A program made the position numbers and the translations under genes. Shown piece after piece: positions 58,510-64,000 of a stretch of 64,000 bases of DNA. The stretch's first letter is position 1. Each line of letters begins with the position of its first letter. The stretch covers positions 39,432,001-39,496,000 of the forward strand of contig OZ024756.1 of the NCBI GenBank assembly GCA_964016885.1, given 5' to 3'. The stretch is from Eledone cirrhosa. Lineage: Eukaryota. Below the pieces are notes generated by a model. It was given only the letters and a program-made list of their open reading frames with translations. It made no database searches and was not told where the DNA came from.

Positions 58510-59781
58510 CAGGGGTTGGACAAAATAATGGAAAAGCCTAGCATCATAGCATCGTAATTTTGAATTATCTATAAAACCGTCAAAAGCTTGTTTAATTATC
58601 AAGTTTTTTTTTATTTATTATTAGTGTTGCTTAATATGTTTTGTTAAAATTGCTGTTTCTTCTCAGATATCAGAAAAAGGTAATTAAAATTCATTAAAAT
58701 GACAGATCTATCGGACTTTCAAAGAGGTCAAATTGTTGGTGCTCGTATGGCAGGCGATAGCGTAACGAAAACAGCCGAAATGTTTGGTGTATCAAGAAGT
58801 CCTGTCTTGAAAGTAATGACAGCCTTTGAGAAAGAGGGAATAACCTCCTCGTCGAAACAAAACTCCGGAAGAAAACCAAAACTTTCAGATAGGGACCGTC
58901 GGACTCTTACGCGAATTGTTAGAAAGGATCACAAAAGTACAGCTCCCAAAATTACTGCAGAGCTTAATGACCACCTCGAGAACCCAGTTTCCACAAAAAC
59001 TGTTCGCCGGAGGCTGCACAAAGACAGATTTAACGGGAGGGCTGCAATCAGAAAACCATTACTTTCAAAAACAAACGTTGCAAAGCGTTTAGAGTGGAGT
59101 AAAAACGTTCAAAATTGGTCCCTGGAGCAGTGGAAGAATGTTATTTTCTCGGACGAGTCTTCCTTTACCTTATTTCCGACCACCGGCCGAGTATACGTGC
59201 GGAGACAGCCAAAAGAAGCATTTGACCCAGACTGCCTTCTTCTAACTGTTAAACATGGAGGAGGATCTGTGATAATCTGGGGGGCTATATCTTGGAAATC
59301 CACCGGCCCAATAGCTTCCCTTCATGGCAGAATTAATAGTCAAGACTATTTAAGCATTTTATCTGATCAAATTCATCTTATGGTTACGGAACTGTTTCCG
59401 GAGGGAAACGCAATCTTTCAGGATGATAACGCACCAATTCACACAGCAAAGTTGTTACTGAATGGCACAAGGAACATTCTAGTGAAGTTGAACATCTTAT
59501 CTGGCCCCCGCAATCCCCAGATCTCAATATTATTGAACATTTATGGTGCATTTTAGAAAATCAAGTAAGGAGTCAATATCCTCCACCATCACCACTACAA
59601 GAACTGGAGACTGTTTTAGCTGAAGAATGGACAAAACTTCCTTTGAAGACAATTCAAACTTTGTACGAGTCCATACCTCGTAGAATTCAAGCTGTAATTA
59701 CTGCCAAAGGCGGTCCTACCCCATATTAAAATAAACTTGTTTGAAATTTTAAGGTGTTTCCATTATTTTGTCGAACCCCTG
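58510..59781 (+). mobile_element. Tc1/mariner DNA transposon, 1272 bp, 25-bp TIRs, TA target duplication
   Basis: TIRs caggggttggacaaaataatggaaa / tttccattattttgtcgaacccctg, flanked by TA. Confidence 0.95.
58699..59729 (+). pseudogene. Tc1 transposase (~343 aa) with one frameshift near 59450; DD36E spacing if repaired
   Basis: HTH N-terminus, VIFSDES, FQDDNAPIH, then shifted frame WPPQSPDLNIIEHLW..AKGGPTPY*. Confidence 0.92.
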
Positions 59782-59833
<52 letters not shown>

Positions 59834-59901
59834 TATGTGTGTGTGTGTGTGTGTGTGTGTGCGTGCGCGCCCGCGTGTATATCTATATATATATATATAT
59901 G

Positions 59902-60097
59902 TAGTAACAATAATAGATATGAAGACTAAAATCCAAAGCGGGCTCGATAAGGATAATATATATCAAATATATAAGAACCCTAGAGCAAATACTTATTAAA
60001 ATAACAGATTAAAGTTTAAGCAAAGAATCGCTGCTTTCACCCTTAACGGGATCTTCTGAATCTAGAAGAAATCAAGCGATTCTTTGCTAAAACTTTA

Positions 60098-60100
<3 letters not shown>
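59902..60100. repeat. Family C element with fold-back
   Basis: attaaagtttaagcaaagaatcgct / agcgattctttgctaaaactttaat inverted arms. Confidence 0.8.
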
Positions 60101-60148
<48 letters not shown>

Positions 60149-60333
60149 GAATAGGAATGGCTTCTACAGGACTAAAGCTGTTTCAATCAAAGGAAATCAT
60201 CTGGAAAGCCCTGGTGATTTCTTTCAACTTTCGAAGCCTGTAGAAGCCATTTCTATATCCGGGTGAACCTACAGTAACTCCAAGTTACACTCCCTGGATA
60301 TACATATATATATATATATTCACTCCGGGGCTC

Positions 60334-60365
<32 letters not shown>

Positions 60366-60367
<2 letters not shown>

Positions 60368-60526
60368 AAGGCGGGTAAAATTCCCGAGATCCATGGACGA
60401 GTTCTCTCCAGCGGTCTCTGTCCCTCATTATCGCTGCCATGTCCTGCGTCTCCAACAGACCAGTGTCTGTCCTTAGGGCATCAACATACGTTAACCTTGG
60501 TCTTCCTCTTCTAGTGTGTCCATGCA
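60366..60526 (-). mobile_element. RTE LINE extreme 3' end
   Basis: MHGHTRRGRPRLTYVDALRTDTGL..SREFYPP* followed by (TA)n. Confidence 0.85.
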
Positions 60527-60793
60527 TATATTCAGTCTTGTGTATGTATATATATTTACACATATATGCGTGTACATACATACGCACATAACTTGCTTAA
60601 TGTTTAACGCCTTCGCATATTTCGTTGTTTTGAAATGAAAACCTAGTATAAAGTGAAAGAGAGTAAGAGAGTACCAAGGCGGTGAGAGAGATTGAGTGAA
60701 CGTGTTCCTTCAAGTGGATGGATGATCTGCCAAATATCTAGGTATGGTTCCCTACTCTTTTCCTCTTTTCACTGCTACTGTAAGTATGTACAT

Positions 60794-60825
<32 letters not shown>

Positions 60826-61002
60826 GTCTGTGTGTGTGTGTATATATATGTATATATATGTCTGTGTGTGTGTGTATATATATGTATATATATATCTGTG
60901 TGTGTGTATATATATGTATATATATGTCTGTGTGCGTGTATTTATATGTATGTATATGTATGTGTATATATATATATATGTGTGTGTGTATGTATATATA
61001 TA

Positions 61003-61071
<69 letters not shown>

Positions 61072-61717
61072 CTGATATTTTGCCAATATATATTTTCACA
61101 AATCTCTTCTTTACTTTTCTTTCATTTGTATATTGCTGAAATATATATAATGATCCCATATACAGATATTATGATATATTAACATATAAAAAATACAAAC
61201 ATAGTCAACATATAGCACACTTATATATATGGAGTTTAAGTTTATTTTATCTTTTACTTGTGGACGTCTTTTCTATATAATAATTTCCTTTCAAATTAAA
61301 GTAAATGATTTATAATATATATTTCAGTGATTTCCATAACTGTATAGTAATTATTTCAATTAAGAATATCAATAACTACTTGATTAGACATCGTTATTTA
61401 GCTATCGAATCTCCTATTTAGCTATTTTCATATATAGAATAATTAAGGTGTGATATATTACTCTTTCATAAAATATTCAGTTTGTTTATTTCGTATATTT
61501 TTTGAAAACTCACAACATTTGCTTCTTCGCGTTTGTTGATGTATTGATTTACCCCCATCCCTCTCCAACAAAAAGATACCACACATTTCAAAAGCTCCGA
61601 ATGCCTATGTATCATATATTCCTTATAGCCAAATCTCAAGAAGAGCATATCGTATTTTCAGAATAAATAAATTTTAATCTCTGAAAACCTGAGACACTCG
61701 TTCTCTGAAGGAAGCCT

Positions 61718-62010
61718 ATTCTGAATGGAGTTCTCTACTGAAGCATGTGGAGAAGTTCAAGTATCTCGGGACCGTGTTCTTGAGTGATGGAAGGCAGGAG
61801 GCTTAATTAAGTTCAATAATTGCAGAAGCAGGTGCCGTAATGCACCATATTCAACATTCTGTTATCAAAAGAAGGGAGAAGGTGTAAAAGCCAAACTTGG
61901 TATCTTCAACTCAGTATTCGTACAAACCCTTAACTTGGGTCATGATTCTTGGGTCATGACTGAAAGAATACGATTGTAAATACAAGCGGCTGCAATAAGG
62001 TTCTTCCGAC
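61718..62010 (+). mobile_element. RTE LINE fragment (third family)
   Basis: LKHVEKFKYLGTVFLSDGRQE..KAKLGIFNSVFV..LGHDSWVMTERIR..IQAA..RF. Confidence 0.8.
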
Positions 62011-62037
62011 CCCCTATTTCGACCGCTATGTATTCAC

Positions 62038-62141
<104 letters not shown>

Positions 62142-62198
62142 CATTTATTCCGGCGTTTGTCTGTTTTTAATTTTTTTGTTTTCTGATATTCCTATAAT

Positions 62199-62254
<56 letters not shown>

Positions 62255-62269
62255 CGTGTGTATATGCAG

Positions 62270-62313
<44 letters not shown>

Positions 62314-62461
62314 GTGTGTATATGCAGTTGTTACATACGAAATTGCTGGAATATTTTGTAGATTTTTACAGTTCTGTACCTGAATCTCATAATTAGCCGA
62401 GCTGTTTCTGGTTGTGTGGTTGTGTTTGTAACCCCACTTTTCAATATTTGTGATGTACGTA

Positions 62462-63066
62462 TATATCCATATGTGTATGTACTCATTATGCATATATATA
62501 TCCATATGTGTATGTACTCATTATGCATATATATATGCATACGTGTATGTACTCATTATGCATATATATATGCATACGTGTATGTACTCATTATGCATGT
62601 ATATATGCATACGTGTATGTACTCATTATGCATGTATATATGCATACGTGTATGTACTCATTATGCATATATATATGCATACGTGTATGTACTCATTATG
62701 CATGTATATATGCATACGTGTATGTACTCATTATGCATATATATATGCATACGTGTATGTACTCATTATGCATGTATATATGCATACGTGTATGTACTCA
62801 TTATTGATGTATATATACATACGTGTATGTACTCATTATGCATGTATATATGCATACGTGTATGTACTCATTATGCATATATATATGCATACGTGTATGT
62901 ACTCATTATGCATATATATATGCATACGTGTATGTACTCATTATGCATATATATATGCATACGTGTATGTACTCATTATGCATGTATATATCCATACGTG
63001 TATGTACTCATTATGCATGTATATATCCATACGTGTATGTACTGATTATGCATGTATATATGCATG
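62462..63066. repeat. 35-bp minisatellite, ~17 units
   Basis: Unit gtatgtactcattatgcatgtatatatgcatacgt. Confidence 0.95.
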
Positions 63067-64000
63067 CTATATTTGTCTTCCAGCTACTGCGTTGTTTGTT
63101 TTGTTAATTTTCTTATTTCTGTTTACCTTTTGCATTTATTTTATTTGCGTTCCAGCCAAGGGTTGAGGCCATGCTAGGGCATATATACATGTCTGCATCG
63201 CGTGATGAAAGAAACTAGGTAGGGACACTTAAGGAAAAATGTAATTGGTTTCGGGGAAACAATGAAAATAGAAAAAAAGAGAATGAAAGTATATTTGGGG
63301 ACGTGATGTAAAAATTTAAAAAATAATAGCAGTTTCGATGCATTAAACTCACTTTTCGGAAATTACTATTCGAAAATAAATGTTTACGTATTCAACATTT
63401 ATTTAACCTACGTAAATGCGTTGAATTATGTCTGTAGATCATTTTATATATATATATATATATATATAAACAACGCATTTAATAACGCATTTAACACGAA
63501 GTGCCGACAGAAAAATAACAAAAATAGAAAGCAATTTCAGGTTTCTACGTTTTGCATTTCCAAATAGCTTTCATTTTTTTTTTTTTGTACCTAATGTTTG
63601 GTGAATGATATAAATGTCGTTCTTTTCCTCTCGCTAAATGATTATTTCAAACTTTTGCCAAAAAAGACAATATTTCTTTTTTATTCTTTGACTGATTAAT
63701 ATTTAAATAAGTTACATACATTTATATATATATATATATATATATTTATATTATAAGATACTGCAGGACATACGATAGATGTCAACACTGTTATTGAAAT
63801 AGATTAGAAGCCATGAATATTTTATCGATTCAATTACATATATATATATATATAGTAATAATAATAAATTTGAAAACTAAAATCTAAAGTGGGCTCGATA
63901 AGGGTGAAAGCAGCGATTCTTTGCTTAAACTTTAATCTGTTATTTTAATAAATATATATATATATATATATAAACAGGGATGTGTTGTTTCCTTGAGCAA

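Overview
Eukaryotic, very AT-rich, microsatellite-saturated non-coding DNA. The tRNA-derived Deu/Nin-domain and CORE-type SINEs plus the huge (TA)n load suggest a cephalopod (octopus-like) genome; this is inference. Almost all listed ORFs are translations of (TA)n/(TG)n or tandem repeats, and no intact host gene is visible (one candidate 65-nt exon). Recognisable elements: about 20 SINE copies, RTE LINE fragments, a near-intact DD36E-spaced Tc1 transposon, a non-autonomous Helitron carrying a 93-bp array, a Penelope/Naiad-type GIY-YIG fragment (duplicated across a 200-N gap), a CRE-like LINE end whose 3' repeat expanded into a 78-bp satellite, and a decayed Chapaev3-like transposase. The main signal: the short 'unique' islands between (TA)n tracts are mostly carriers of minimal type-I hammerhead ribozyme (HHR) motifs. 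By eye I count roughly 20 intact or degenerate motifs from about 10 sequence families, often in fold-back inverted repeats, including U3-A8 covariants and a conserved non-canonical CAGAAGA variant. All folds and alignments were done by eye and need computational confirmation.
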